A DNA stretch of 32,000 nt from Edaphobacter aggregans (GCF_003945235.1 NZ_RSDW01000001.1:1380001-1412000), one strand, 5' to 3'. Numbered from the stretch's first letter, positions 15,719-25,170 are shown. Numbers and translations: made by a program. The notes: generated from the letters alone by a model not told the origin.

Positions 15719-17482
15719 ATGCGTTTACCGACTTCAAGAGTGTCCGTTGTCTGGCTCGTCTTGATGCTAGCCGTGTATTTTCATGGCGGCATCATCCGTT
15801 GCGCACAAGCCCAATCCTTACTTCAAGATCCACCGCTGCGGGACAGAGAAGTTCTTCACTCCTCGACCGTTACAGAATTGGCAACTGCTGGTTCGGCTGC
15901 CGAGAACACCAGTTTGCCAAATGGTCCTAGTGCGAGCGGTGATTCCGGGCCTCAGTCGGTTCCGTTCGACTCTCTTCGACTGCTCGCACCCAACTTCGAT
16001 GACAACGACGCGGATGCAGACTCGACTTCAAACGGATCCGAGATCACAGTCAACGGAATCGATTTAGGGGCAGCAGTGGGGAGCGTCTACCAGCACCGCC
16101 CAGCCCGAAAGCACTCCCCCAACGGGGATGATCTATCTCTTGAACCTACTGCGGATCAACCTGAACATTACAATTGGCACGGACTCCTCGCTCAGTCGCT
16201 CTATTTCAACGCGATCGAGAGTAGCTTCCGCATCGCCAGTGACGACCAGATTCGCTATCTGCTTGCAACAAAACCGTTCTGGCATGATTACTTTGCTTCG
16301 ATGAAGCAGTTCAATATGCGTCGATGGAATGATGGTGACCCGTTTCTCGTGAACTATGTGGGTCACCCGATGCAAGGTTCTGTCAGTTCCTACATTGAAA
16401 TACAGAACGACCCCCTCGGACGCCAGCAGGAGATCAGCGCAACAAGCGCGTATTGGATGAGCCGCTTCAAAGGCTTCCTATGGGCAACCGTCTTCAGCAC
16501 TCACTCGGAGATCAGCCCATTTGGTGAGGCTGGAATCGGCAACGAAGGAGGATGGACTTATCCGCTTGCCGACTGCCACCGCCCCTGCCCGTCCTTCAAG
16601 CCCGGCGTAACCAAGTACACGAACAATACAGGATGGGTTGACTTCATCATTACACCAACTGTCGGCGCGCTGTGGGTGCTGGCTGAAGATACGATCGATC
16701 GGTACGTCAGCGACAGGATCCAAGGGGATGACCGCTCCCATATCTTTCCCAAGATTATTCGTGGCTCTCTGAACCCAAGCCGTACCATGGCGAATTTCAT
16801 CCGCTTCAAGAAGCCGTGGTATCGCGACTTTCAGGAAAGTGAACCATACTGGCGGCCCAGTCACGGCATCCATATGCTTCCCTCAGATGAAGTACGTGCA
16901 CAAAACCAGCGGCTACAAAGATTTTCGATTGCAACTCACTACCGTACGGCCCCGCTCGGCACATCGTCTCAACGGTGCATTTTATGCAATGCAGGCCGAG
17001 GAGCTGGACTAGAGGCTGACTACGCCATCACTCCCTGGATCAGCGCCTCCGTCTCGCTCGACAAACAGGAAGGCTCCCTGGAACGGGCAGTTCCGGATGG
17101 ATCGACGTTAAGCGCAGGATTCGGGGTGCGGCTTGTGCACGAACGACCGCATAACACCTTCTCTCTGTCGGTGCGGCCTGGCGTAGTCGTTGACCAGATT
17201 CCGATACCAGCCCATGTGGATACCGTCCATAGAACCTACGTGGCCAGCGACGAACTCAACGTTGTGCATCCAGCCGCAACTATTCTATTGGCCAATGATT
17301 ACAAGCTGAATCGCACGATTGCCCTGCGATCCTCTTTTGGCGCAACAATCGTCCGCTACCGTACCACCCCCAAAGATCCGCCGTATGTCGGCGAAATCCC
17401 ATACTTATCCTGGTTATCACCTGACAGTTACACCAACCGCACCACATGGATCTGGCAAGGCGGACCCGTGTTTCGATTCTGA
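15719..17482 (+). CDS. Secreted hypothetical protein with predicted C-terminal outer-membrane beta-barrel
   Basis: Signal peptide is MRLPTSRVSVVWLVLMLAVYFHGGIIRCAQA-QS. It is followed by a low-complexity D/N/S linker and a central domain (WNDGDPFLVNYVGHPMQGS). The C-terminal ~200 aa show alternating hydrophobic/polar strands ending ...GGPVFRF with a terminal Phe. Confidence 0.7.
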   Translation: MRLPTSRVSVVWLVLMLAVYFHGGIIRCAQAQSLLQDPPLRDREVLHSSTVTELATAGSAAENTSLPNGPSASGDSGPQSVPFDSLRLLAPNFDDNDADADSTSNGSEITVNGIDLGAAVGSVYQHRPARKHSPNGDDLSLEPTADQPEHYNWHGLLAQSLYFNAIESSFRIASDDQIRYLLATKPFWHDYFASMKQFNMRRWNDGDPFLVNYVGHPMQGSVSSYIEIQNDPLGRQQEISATSAYWMSRFKGFLWATVFSTHSEISPFGEAGIGNEGGWTYPLADCHRPCPSFKPGVTKYTNNTGWVDFIITPTVGALWVLAEDTIDRYVSDRIQGDDRSHIFPKIIRGSLNPSRTMANFIRFKKPWYRDFQESEPYWRPSHGIHMLPSDEVRAQNQRLQRFSIATHYRTAPLGTSSQRCILCNAGRGAGLEADYAITPWISASVSLDKQEGSLERAVPDGSTLSAGFGVRLVHERPHNTFSLSVRPGVVVDQIPIPAHVDTVHRTYVASDELNVVHPAATILLANDYKLNRTIALRSSFGATIVRYRTTPKDPPYVGEIPYLSWLSPDSYTNRTTWIWQGGPVFRF

Positions 17483-17495
17483 AGCAGAATGGAGA

Positions 17496-18269
17496 TTAGG
17501 CAGACCGCGATATGGAACTCGGCTGTGGCTTCAACGGAACAGAGTCGGGAACTACTGTCGTCTTCATGCCGCGTTTCGAAAATGGGGAATGACGTGGAGT
17601 TACCGCGTAGAGAACAGCTTCCATTCTGCTGGATACGCCCAACTTGTCGAAGATACGGAACAGATGATTTTTGACAGTGTGCTCGCTAAGCTTCAGGGCC
17701 ATTGCCAGCTCATAGTTGCTCAGTCCTTCCGCAAGAAGGTGGAGGACCTGCTGCTCACGGGCTGTCAGCAATGACTTGCCCTGTACATCGACGACGTTCA
17801 TGCTCCGCGGACGAGAGAGAGACGCTACAAGGTGAGCCGTAAGATCGTTGCTCGCCCATACCTCACCACGCTGAACACAGCGAATGCTCTTGCATAGCAG
17901 ATCGAAATTCAAATCCTGAGTACAGAGAATGCCCCGGGCTCCGGCACGAAACAGTGAGATTGCTTCATCATAGTCCGGCTGTTGTGTAAGAACGATCGCC
18001 TTAGGCACTGGATCATAATCCATCAGAGGCTCGAGAAATGACAGTGCCGTGTAGGTCGTGCTTGTCCTGAGTGATCCAAGAAGCACGACGTCTACCGGCT
18101 TATTCAAGGCCGCCGGGAGCTGCAGTACATCATTGATTGGCGAAGAGATTGCAATATCGTCCACATTTCGGAAGGCGCTTCGGAGAAGATCGCTCAGCAT
18201 GGATGGCATATTAACCATCAAAAGCCGAATGATGGATGGATTCGATATGGGTGCAACAGTACTGTTCAT
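17496..18269 (-). CDS. LuxR/NarL-family transcriptional regulator with degenerate (pseudo-)receiver domain
   Basis: C-terminal HTH is TAREQQVLHLLAEGLSNYELAMALKLSEHTVKNHLFRIFDKLGVSSRMEAV. The N-terminal fold is receiver-like (IRLLMVNMPS..., VDVVLLGS..., AIVLTQQ..., RAGARGIL), but the acidic pair and the phospho-acceptor Asp positions read N-M and G. Confidence 0.85.
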   Translation of the reverse strand: MNSTVAPISNPSIIRLLMVNMPSMLSDLLRSAFRNVDDIAISSPINDVLQLPAALNKPVDVVLLGSLRTSTTYTALSFLEPLMDYDPVPKAIVLTQQPDYDEAISLFRAGARGILCTQDLNFDLLCKSIRCVQRGEVWASNDLTAHLVASLSRPRSMNVVDVQGKSLLTAREQQVLHLLAEGLSNYELAMALKLSEHTVKNHLFRIFDKLGVSSRMEAVLYAVTPRHSPFSKRGMKTTVVPDSVPLKPQPSSISRSA

Positions 18270-18837
18270 TCAAACCGCCTTGGAGGTAAAGATCACGTTT
18301 AGTTATCTGAAGTCCAGGAAAGGAGGTTGATTCTTACGATCAATGGATGTTGATACAGGCAGGTATCACTACATTCAAGTCTCCCAAAATGTGGGAAGCT
18401 ACGCGAGAAGATCAGTCATTGCTACCTTGGATGCACGAATGCGCCCAACTGCTGCTATTGTTTCGATCTTACGTGAAGAGCACATAAATCAACTCCATCT
18501 ATCTTCTTACATTTTTGCATTACTTTGATTCCGCTTGTACGCCATTTATTTTGAATGGCTTATCGACGACCGGCTGGGCCAGTCATTAACGAACGATCAC
18601 AGGTTTATCAAGGTTATATGGTTACCAATTACTCATGAGAAGCACTTCTGGGGTACTTTGCTTCATTGCGATCACCATCATCGCAGCCGTATCTTGATTA
18701 GCAAACGAGCGATCTGTTCGGGCTCTGCCGAGAACGAAAGGGTGGTTTCTAAATCAACAGATCGCACCGAACGATAGTCCCTTTTCTGCTTTGACCAACC
18801 TGATTGTTAGAAGGCACCAATTGGAGGAACTCCTTTT

Positions 18838-20289
18838 ATGACCCCTTCCAACAGAAAGACTTTGATCGAACTGGTAAAGGTTTGCGACATCGGCATTTTG
18901 TTTTGTTGCCTAGGCGTAGCTTACGCATCCGTAACCAGTCGCGAGATATGGTCTCTTCTGGAGTCTTTGCAGACCCACCGTCCAATTCAAATTTTTCTTG
19001 CTACAGGTGCTCTAATTTTTGCTTGGCACCTCTCTTTGAAGGCAACCGGGTTATATCATTCCCAACGGTTGAAAAGCCTCTTCCAAGAAGTATCAAACGC
19101 GTGTTCGGGCATCACCATGGCAGCTGCTTCCACCTTTGTCTGGCTATTGCTTATTCGTTCCCATTCTGAACACAAGATGTTAGAAGCGTTTCTGACCGCC
19201 TCGCTCTTTGCTCTTCTAACGCTTGTCTGCATCATCGTAAGCAGGGCCGGAAGACGAACTGTTACGCGCGCGCTTCGGTTGCACGGGTATAACCTCAGAC
19301 ACACCCTGATTGTCGGCACAAATCAGAGAGCTTCGCATTTCGCAACAGAACTGCTCAGGCAACCGGAGCGTGGCTATACCTTGCAGGGCTTTGTCGATGA
19401 TCACTGGTGGGGTGAAGAGACACGCGAATTGTATGGCGCAAAGTTACTCGGCAATTTCGATGATTTCCCCGAATTATTGCGTACGCTGCCTGTGGACGAG
19501 GTAGTCGTTGCGTTGCCCATTGCAACGTTTTATCAGCAGGTGGCATCAATCGTCTTTCTATGCCAGGAACACGGTATTCTGGTCCGGACAACGGGCACAT
19601 TCTTCGACTTCGATCATCCGCATAGAAGAACGCTAACGCAGGGAATCAATACCGCGATCACTCTTCACGACGACTCGTGGGACCCATGGGCGTCTCTCCT
19701 AAAGCGGATTGTGGACCTTACTCTTTCACTTGCTCTTCTTTTTGCATTATTGCCTTTGCTGGTAGTAATTGCCCTGCTTATTAAGATCACTTCGCCTGGA
19801 CCGGTGTTCTTTATTCAAAAACGGCTAGGCTTGGGCAAGAACCCATTTAAGATCATCAAATTTCGGACAATGGTCGCTGATGCCGAGAGCCAGATCAACA
19901 AGGTCGAACATCTCAATGAAACAAGCGGCCCCACTTTCAAGGTCAAGAATGATCCTCGCATTACTCCTTTGGGAAAATTTTTGCGTAAGACAAGCCTTGA
20001 TGAAATCCCGCAACTTCTGAACGTCGTGATGGGCAACATGAGCTTAGTCGGCCCCAGACCGCTGCCTCTGCGCGACTATGAGGGCTTTTCCAAGGACTGG
20101 CACCGACGCCGCTTCAGTGTAAAGCCGGGCATCACCTGCCTTTGGCAGATTATGGGACGAAGTTCAATCGCCTTTGAAGAATGGATGGCACTGGACATGC
20201 GCTATATCGATCAATGGTCCGTGTGGCTGGATATTAAAATATTGTTCCAGACTATTCCGGCCGTGTTTCGCGGCTCTGGTGCTGTCTAA
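18838..20289 (+). CDS. Initiating polyprenyl-phosphate sugar phosphotransferase (WbaP/WcaJ-type bacterial sugar transferase)
   Basis: N-terminal TM bundle, then a central Rossmann-like segment (LIVGTNQRASHFA). The C-terminal sugar-transferase domain reads LKRIVDLTLSLALLFALLPLLVVIALLIKITSPGPVFFIQKRLG...KFRTM...DPRITPLGKFLRKTSLDEIPQLLNVVMGNMSLVGPRP. GGAGGA SD upstream. Confidence 0.93.
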   Translation: MTPSNRKTLIELVKVCDIGILFCCLGVAYASVTSREIWSLLESLQTHRPIQIFLATGALIFAWHLSLKATGLYHSQRLKSLFQEVSNACSGITMAAASTFVWLLLIRSHSEHKMLEAFLTASLFALLTLVCIIVSRAGRRTVTRALRLHGYNLRHTLIVGTNQRASHFATELLRQPERGYTLQGFVDDHWWGEETRELYGAKLLGNFDDFPELLRTLPVDEVVVALPIATFYQQVASIVFLCQEHGILVRTTGTFFDFDHPHRRTLTQGINTAITLHDDSWDPWASLLKRIVDLTLSLALLFALLPLLVVIALLIKITSPGPVFFIQKRLGLGKNPFKIIKFRTMVADAESQINKVEHLNETSGPTFKVKNDPRITPLGKFLRKTSLDEIPQLLNVVMGNMSLVGPRPLPLRDYEGFSKDWHRRRFSVKPGITCLWQIMGRSSIAFEEWMALDMRYIDQWSVWLDIKILFQTIPAVFRGSGAV

Positions 20290-20355
20290 ATAAATTAGAT
20301 GTGATTTCTGGTAAATGCTTCTAACCTAGCTGCAAGCACAACGGAGACAAGGCTC

Positions 20356-22671
20356 ATGGATCGATCCCCCCCCAAAGTATCCATTACAAAAAAAGAGCAT
20401 CGGAGCTTTCTAGCCGAAATGCAGACACGAGCGCACTTAGCTCCAGTAAATGCTTCCGAGTATGAGTCTCTTTCGGGATTGTTGCGTGTTCTGCGCAGGA
20501 GATGGAGAAGCGCGGTGCTGGTGGCTGTAGTCATAGCACTACTCGGCACTGTCGCTGTTCTATTGATGACGCCACGTTATTCTGCAACAGCTACCATTGA
20601 AGTCAATCGGGAAGATCACGAGGAGGCGTCTGGACCACGAACCGACACCCCATCGGACTCAGCCGATGATTTGAAGGCGGAGGTCCAGACCGACACGAGC
20701 ATCTTGCAGAGTGACGGTTTGGTCTTGCGGGTTATCAAGGACTTGGATCTGGCTAAAAAGCGTCCCTTCTTAGGTGCCATTGTGCGAGGAGAAGCAGATA
20801 AGCCTTTGGAAGATGCACCGCGGACCCGGGAAAGAATGGTCAAGCTCTTCCGTAAGAACTTGAAGGTGGATTCCCCTCCTGACACACGACTTATCAACGT
20901 GACCTTTGAAAACCCTGACCCGACAGTAGCCGCGCTCGCCGCCAACAGCTTAGCCAAGACCTTTATCGACGACTACCTGGAACGTCGGCACCGGTCGACA
21001 TCTCAAGCTTCTTACTGGTTACAAAAAGAATTGGATGACCTGAAGAAACAAGTTCGCGATTCTGAACAACGGCTCGCAGACTACGAACGGACAACAGGCT
21101 TAGCAGGTGTGCAGGTCAGCGGATCGACGTCGGGCGATGGCACGAGCTCAGTCTCTGTTAACTCACACAATACCGTTCTCGACAGGCTATTCACGCTGAA
21201 CCAGGAGATGACCTCTGCTGAGGCGAATCGGATCTCCAGCGAAGCTGTGTATCACCTTGTAAAAACACAGAATCCGGAAGTGGTTCTAGGTCTAGGTTCG
21301 ATGAGCATAGCAAGCGGAAATGGTTCTAGCTCAGGCGCGCTTACAGCCGACGGCGGCGTTGATTTGCTGCGCTCTCTGCGTACACAGGAGGCCAGTTTAC
21401 GTAGGGAATACGCCAGTTATGCAACGAAATACGGCGAAAAGAACCCGCGGCTCCTTCAACTTCAAGAGCAAATCAATGCAGTTGACGCTCAGATGCAGAC
21501 TGAGATGGCGAGGATTACAAAGCGCGCTGAGAATGCATATCAGTACGCAAAAGACAATGAAAACTCCATCAAAGGACAGTTTGAAAAGCAGCAGCATGAG
21601 GCAATTCAACTGGCGGACAATACCGTCCAGTTACAGGTGCTCGCTCAAGAAGCGTACTCAAATCGCGCACTCTATCAGAATCTCTTCTCTAAGCTGCAGG
21701 AAGCTAGTCTGTCTTCCGGAGTACGTGCAACTCGAATTGACGTTGTTAACGAAGCGAGACCCGCCGGCACACCCAGTAGTCCGGACTATCCCAAATACCT
21801 CACCCTGGTTGCTGGTATCGGCATCTTCTTAGGAATCTCATCTGCATTTGTGAGAGAGAGTCTAGATGAGTCTATCCGAACACCATTGGATATTGAAGCG
21901 GCCTCTCACCTATCCATCCTAGCCTATATTCCTACCAAATCTAGGGCCGAGACTGTCACGGCGGGCACAGTCGGGGAGTGCGCCCTAATAACCAATCCGT
22001 ACTCTCCATTCTCTGAATCATTCAGGACGTTGCGTACATCTATCCTACACTCACATAGTGTAACTCGATTGCAAACGCTTCTAGTTACTAGCCCACATGG
22101 CGGGGACGGTAAAACAACAGTTGCCTATAACTTGGCAGTTGCCTTTGCCCAGCAGGGATCTAGAGTAGTTCTGCTCGACGCAGATCTGCGGAATCCTGAC
22201 CTTCACCGTTTGTTCGGATGCGAGAACTCTCCCGGCCTCGGCGATGTATCGGCTGCTGACACCCACATCGAAGTCAGCAATCTTATTCAGCACTCGTCAA
22301 TAAAGACCCTGTATATTCTGCCTGCTGGAAACAGACCGGACCTACCGTCAGAGTTTTTTAGCTCCGCTACATTTGATGCGGTCCTCGAGATGTGCACCAA
22401 TCGCTTTGACTATGTTGTGATTGACAGTCCGCCTATTCTGCGGGTCACAGACGCCACGATCATTGCAAAGAAGGTCGACGGAATTATTACTGTACTTAGA
22501 TCACAAGCGACAACCAGGTCGATGGCCTCTAGCGTGGCACAGATTCTTATCCGAACTCATGCGCCTGCGCTCGGTTTCGTACTAAATGGTGTTCATAATC
22601 CGTCGTTAGATGGTTTCCATGACTACAGCTATCTAAGAGAGAAAGGGAGTGAGACACATGCAGATGCCTAA
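20356..22671 (+). CDS. Polysaccharide co-polymerase (PCP-2a, Wzz domain, coiled coil) fused to a BY-kinase-type P-loop domain (Wzc/GumC-like)
   Basis: N-terminal TM plus the Wzz-type MTPRYSATATIEV, then a long periplasmic coiled-coil and a second TM (YLTLVAGIGIFLGISSAF). Walker A is SPHGGDGKTT, Walker A' is VVLLDADLRNP and Walker B is YVVIDSPP. Confidence 0.9.
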   Translation: MDRSPPKVSITKKEHRSFLAEMQTRAHLAPVNASEYESLSGLLRVLRRRWRSAVLVAVVIALLGTVAVLLMTPRYSATATIEVNREDHEEASGPRTDTPSDSADDLKAEVQTDTSILQSDGLVLRVIKDLDLAKKRPFLGAIVRGEADKPLEDAPRTRERMVKLFRKNLKVDSPPDTRLINVTFENPDPTVAALAANSLAKTFIDDYLERRHRSTSQASYWLQKELDDLKKQVRDSEQRLADYERTTGLAGVQVSGSTSGDGTSSVSVNSHNTVLDRLFTLNQEMTSAEANRISSEAVYHLVKTQNPEVVLGLGSMSIASGNGSSSGALTADGGVDLLRSLRTQEASLRREYASYATKYGEKNPRLLQLQEQINAVDAQMQTEMARITKRAENAYQYAKDNENSIKGQFEKQQHEAIQLADNTVQLQVLAQEAYSNRALYQNLFSKLQEASLSSGVRATRIDVVNEARPAGTPSSPDYPKYLTLVAGIGIFLGISSAFVRESLDESIRTPLDIEAASHLSILAYIPTKSRAETVTAGTVGECALITNPYSPFSESFRTLRTSILHSHSVTRLQTLLVTSPHGGDGKTTVAYNLAVAFAQQGSRVVLLDADLRNPDLHRLFGCENSPGLGDVSAADTHIEVSNLIQHSSIKTLYILPAGNRPDLPSEFFSSATFDAVLEMCTNRFDYVVIDSPPILRVTDATIIAKKVDGIITVLRSQATTRSMASSVAQILIRTHAPALGFVLNGVHNPSLDGFHDYSYLREKGSETHADA

Positions 22672-23683
22672 ATATCTTAGCGGTAAATCGAGTCTCCTTC
22701 TTGTCATTTGCGTTATTGGCCTTGCAGGGCTGAGGGCTGACGCTCAGGAACTACCCTCCCAGCGAGTCGGCGGCTCAAGTAGCTTCGATACACCCCCAGG
22801 TCTCTCCGGCAACGATAACGCTGCTGGCCATCAACGACTCACATCTTTAACTGTTGTCCCGGAAGACTTCGCTTCCTTAAAACTTGCCCCCGGCTTTTTG
22901 CTCGGGATGCAAGTGTACGACGTGCCTGAGCTTTCCGCAGACCTACGCGTTGATAGCAACGGCGATATCACCGTGCCAATGGTTGGACTACTTCACGTCG
23001 CAGGTAAAACGATTACCGAGGTTCAATCAGAGATCGCTCTCCGCTTGCGAACAGGTAAAATCATCAACGATCCTCGCGTCAATCTTAATATCGAGCAATA
23101 TGCTGGGCAAAACATCAGCGTCCTAGGTGAAGTTCACAACCCTGGCCATCTTGAACTGCTCGCACCCCGCAATCTCGGAGATGTCCTTGCTCTCGTAGGC
23201 GGAGAAACTCAATATGCGGGAAATGTGATCGAGATCCGTCGTCAAGTGAATGGTTCCCCAACCCAACTACAGGTCCACTACAACCAAAGTAAGGATGATG
23301 ACTCCTTGAAGAGTGTCATGATAAATCCAGGAGACATCATCACAGTCCGACGCGCAGGTATCGTCTATGTCCTGGGAGGCGTCAATCGGCCAGGCGGTTA
23401 CGTGATGCAAGAAGGGGGGAGTTTGAATCTAGAGCAGGCCATAGCCCTTGCCTACGGAACTTCCATGCAGGCTGCAACCGGCTCGATTAGAGTAGCCCGC
23501 AAGAAGCCGGACGGCTCTATAGAGGAAATTCCTGTCGCCTATAAAGATATTACCCGTGGTAAAGTTCCGCCTACAGTGCTACAGGCAGAAGATGTGGTTT
23601 ACGTGCCGATCAGCAAAGTCAAGACGGCGTTGACTTCGAGCCTCCTTACCTCCACAGCAGGCGCCGCCTTGATCTTTCATTAG
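22658..23683 (+). CDS. Polysaccharide export protein (Wza-like: Poly_export + SLBB domains)
   Basis: Poly_export motif is PGFLLGMQVYDVPELSADLRVDSNGDITVPMVGLLHVAGKTITEVQSEI...VLGEVHNPG. The SLBB-like segment is GDIITVRRAGIVYVLGGVNRPGGYVM. ATG 22658 (AAGGGAG 8 nt upstream) is preferred to the GTG at 22649, and the gene overlaps the upstream gene by 14 nt. Confidence 0.9.
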   Translation: MQMPKYLSGKSSLLLVICVIGLAGLRADAQELPSQRVGGSSSFDTPPGLSGNDNAAGHQRLTSLTVVPEDFASLKLAPGFLLGMQVYDVPELSADLRVDSNGDITVPMVGLLHVAGKTITEVQSEIALRLRTGKIINDPRVNLNIEQYAGQNISVLGEVHNPGHLELLAPRNLGDVLALVGGETQYAGNVIEIRRQVNGSPTQLQVHYNQSKDDDSLKSVMINPGDIITVRRAGIVYVLGGVNRPGGYVMQEGGSLNLEQAIALAYGTSMQAATGSIRVARKKPDGSIEEIPVAYKDITRGKVPPTVLQAEDVVYVPISKVKTALTSSLLTSTAGAALIFH

Positions 23684-23759
23684 ACTTTAGCCACGCGATG
23701 TCCAGTTCGGACTGGCATTTTACTCTTCAAATTATTAGCTTTTGCCGCATTTAGAAAAA

Positions 23760-25094
23760 ATGATGCCAACTGGGTTTACTACAACAAGCTATGTTCAACG
23801 AGCCTTTCCATTAAGATACTGGCTCTTTGTCGCATATGCGGTAGGGGTTCCCACGTTCATCAATTTTGACGCTACCAACCGCACGCATGAGTTTGGCTTA
23901 TTTAATGCTTGGTCTATAGCGACAATGTTCCTCACTTTTTCCACCGCTTTTCTGTTTTTAGCTATCACTTTACTTAGCAAAGTGAAGATTGTTGTGAGAA
24001 AGATTTATTTCTCTAGCTGGATATGGGGATCACTGCTTATTCTCTTCCTTATAGCCTCAATTTGTGAGCCCCATTTCCGCACTCAGCCCAACACGGGTAC
24101 CGATCTCTATATCAGCGTGTATCGACTTGGAGAGTGGGTCTTGGCATTTTTATTGCTCCTCTCTATTTATAGTAGGGAGCCCCTTGAGAGTAGTGCCAAT
24201 CTGATGGCATCTCTACTAGGCCGCATATGCTGGGCATATATAGCGATCGTTTGGCTGGTGCTGCCCATAGCTCCCCACCTCGCATATTCGATCGACCCTA
24301 CGGTTTCGGTTGCTCGTCTAGGAGGCATTCTTATTCACCCTGACACCCTTGCAACTCTCGCAGGGATAGCATGCTTTCATGCCCTGCTTCGACTATCTGG
24401 AGTAATGCGGGTCTCTGCTTTTTGCATCGCGTTTATTACCAATGTTTTAACCTACTCAAGAAGCGGTGCAGTAGTTCTTTTGTTCGCGCTGGCCCTGTAC
24501 GTCATTTTCTTTGGCCGTGGCCTTGTTCGCTTTATCGGTGGTATCGTTTCAGTTCTGATGCTAGGCGGTATCATTTTGTATGCTAATCGTATTGTCGACT
24601 ATTTAGCTCGAGGTAACGGACTCAAGAACATCGCCTCGCTGTCGGACAGAACCTACGTCTGGAGTGACGCCGTCGAGGGCTTTAAGCTGAGACCCCTTCT
24701 GGGATATGGTTTCATGAGCGGCGCCAAAAATGCACTGAAAGAGCACTGGAAGTACTCGCACTGGGTTCCGCCCCACACTCACAATGAATTACTCCAAGCT
24801 CTCCTCTCCGGAGGAATCTTGGCAGCCATTCTTGTTCTATGTTTATTCCTAAATGCCCTTTGGTGTTCCGTTCGTCTATCTCGGATAGGCCCAACATATA
24901 GGCTTTTCCTGTTTGCGCTAGTTCAACTTACGCTTTTCGCCATCCTGGCCCCTCTGGTGACAATCCAATTTGGAGTTACTGCGGCGGCGTTCACCATATC
25001 ATTCGTTGCCGTCGTGGACCATAAAAAGTTACAGGACAGGACGGCGCAAGCAAAACTCCGAAACAGCTTTCGCGAAATTGTAGATATAGGATGA
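23760..25094 (+). CDS. O-antigen ligase/polymerase family membrane protein (Wzy-like)
   Basis: About 10-12 TM segments. Wzy_C-type region with LTYSRSGAVVLLFALAL and the periplasmic loop ...HWVPPHTHNELLQALLSGGILAA. Start is uncertain: the ORF opens at TTG 23742, with the first ATGs at 23760/23763. Confidence 0.75.
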   Translation: MMPTGFTTTSYVQRAFPLRYWLFVAYAVGVPTFINFDATNRTHEFGLFNAWSIATMFLTFSTAFLFLAITLLSKVKIVVRKIYFSSWIWGSLLILFLIASICEPHFRTQPNTGTDLYISVYRLGEWVLAFLLLLSIYSREPLESSANLMASLLGRICWAYIAIVWLVLPIAPHLAYSIDPTVSVARLGGILIHPDTLATLAGIACFHALLRLSGVMRVSAFCIAFITNVLTYSRSGAVVLLFALALYVIFFGRGLVRFIGGIVSVLMLGGIILYANRIVDYLARGNGLKNIASLSDRTYVWSDAVEGFKLRPLLGYGFMSGAKNALKEHWKYSHWVPPHTHNELLQALLSGGILAAILVLCLFLNALWCSVRLSRIGPTYRLFLFALVQLTLFAILAPLVTIQFGVTAAAFTISFVAVVDHKKLQDRTAQAKLRNSFREIVDIG

Positions 25095-25170
25095 CTCTCG
25101 CACCACCATCAGCCGCAGTTGGCGTACCTAGCGCAGAGACAGCGTGGGAGTTTTTATGGGAGAAGGTACG

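Noticed and set aside
18343-18777. ORFs 18343..18528 and 18535..18777 in the AT-rich region upstream of the EPS operon
   Set aside because: The first has poor SD spacing (16 nt) and the second has a TTG start with no SD. Both have odd composition (His/Arg runs) and no recognisable family, so I treat them as non-coding leader sequence. Small-protein coding cannot be fully excluded.
22649-22657. GTG 22649 as the Wza-like start
   Set aside because: ATG 22658 has AAGGGAG at 8-nt spacing and gives a normal signal peptide. The GTG would sit on top of that SD.
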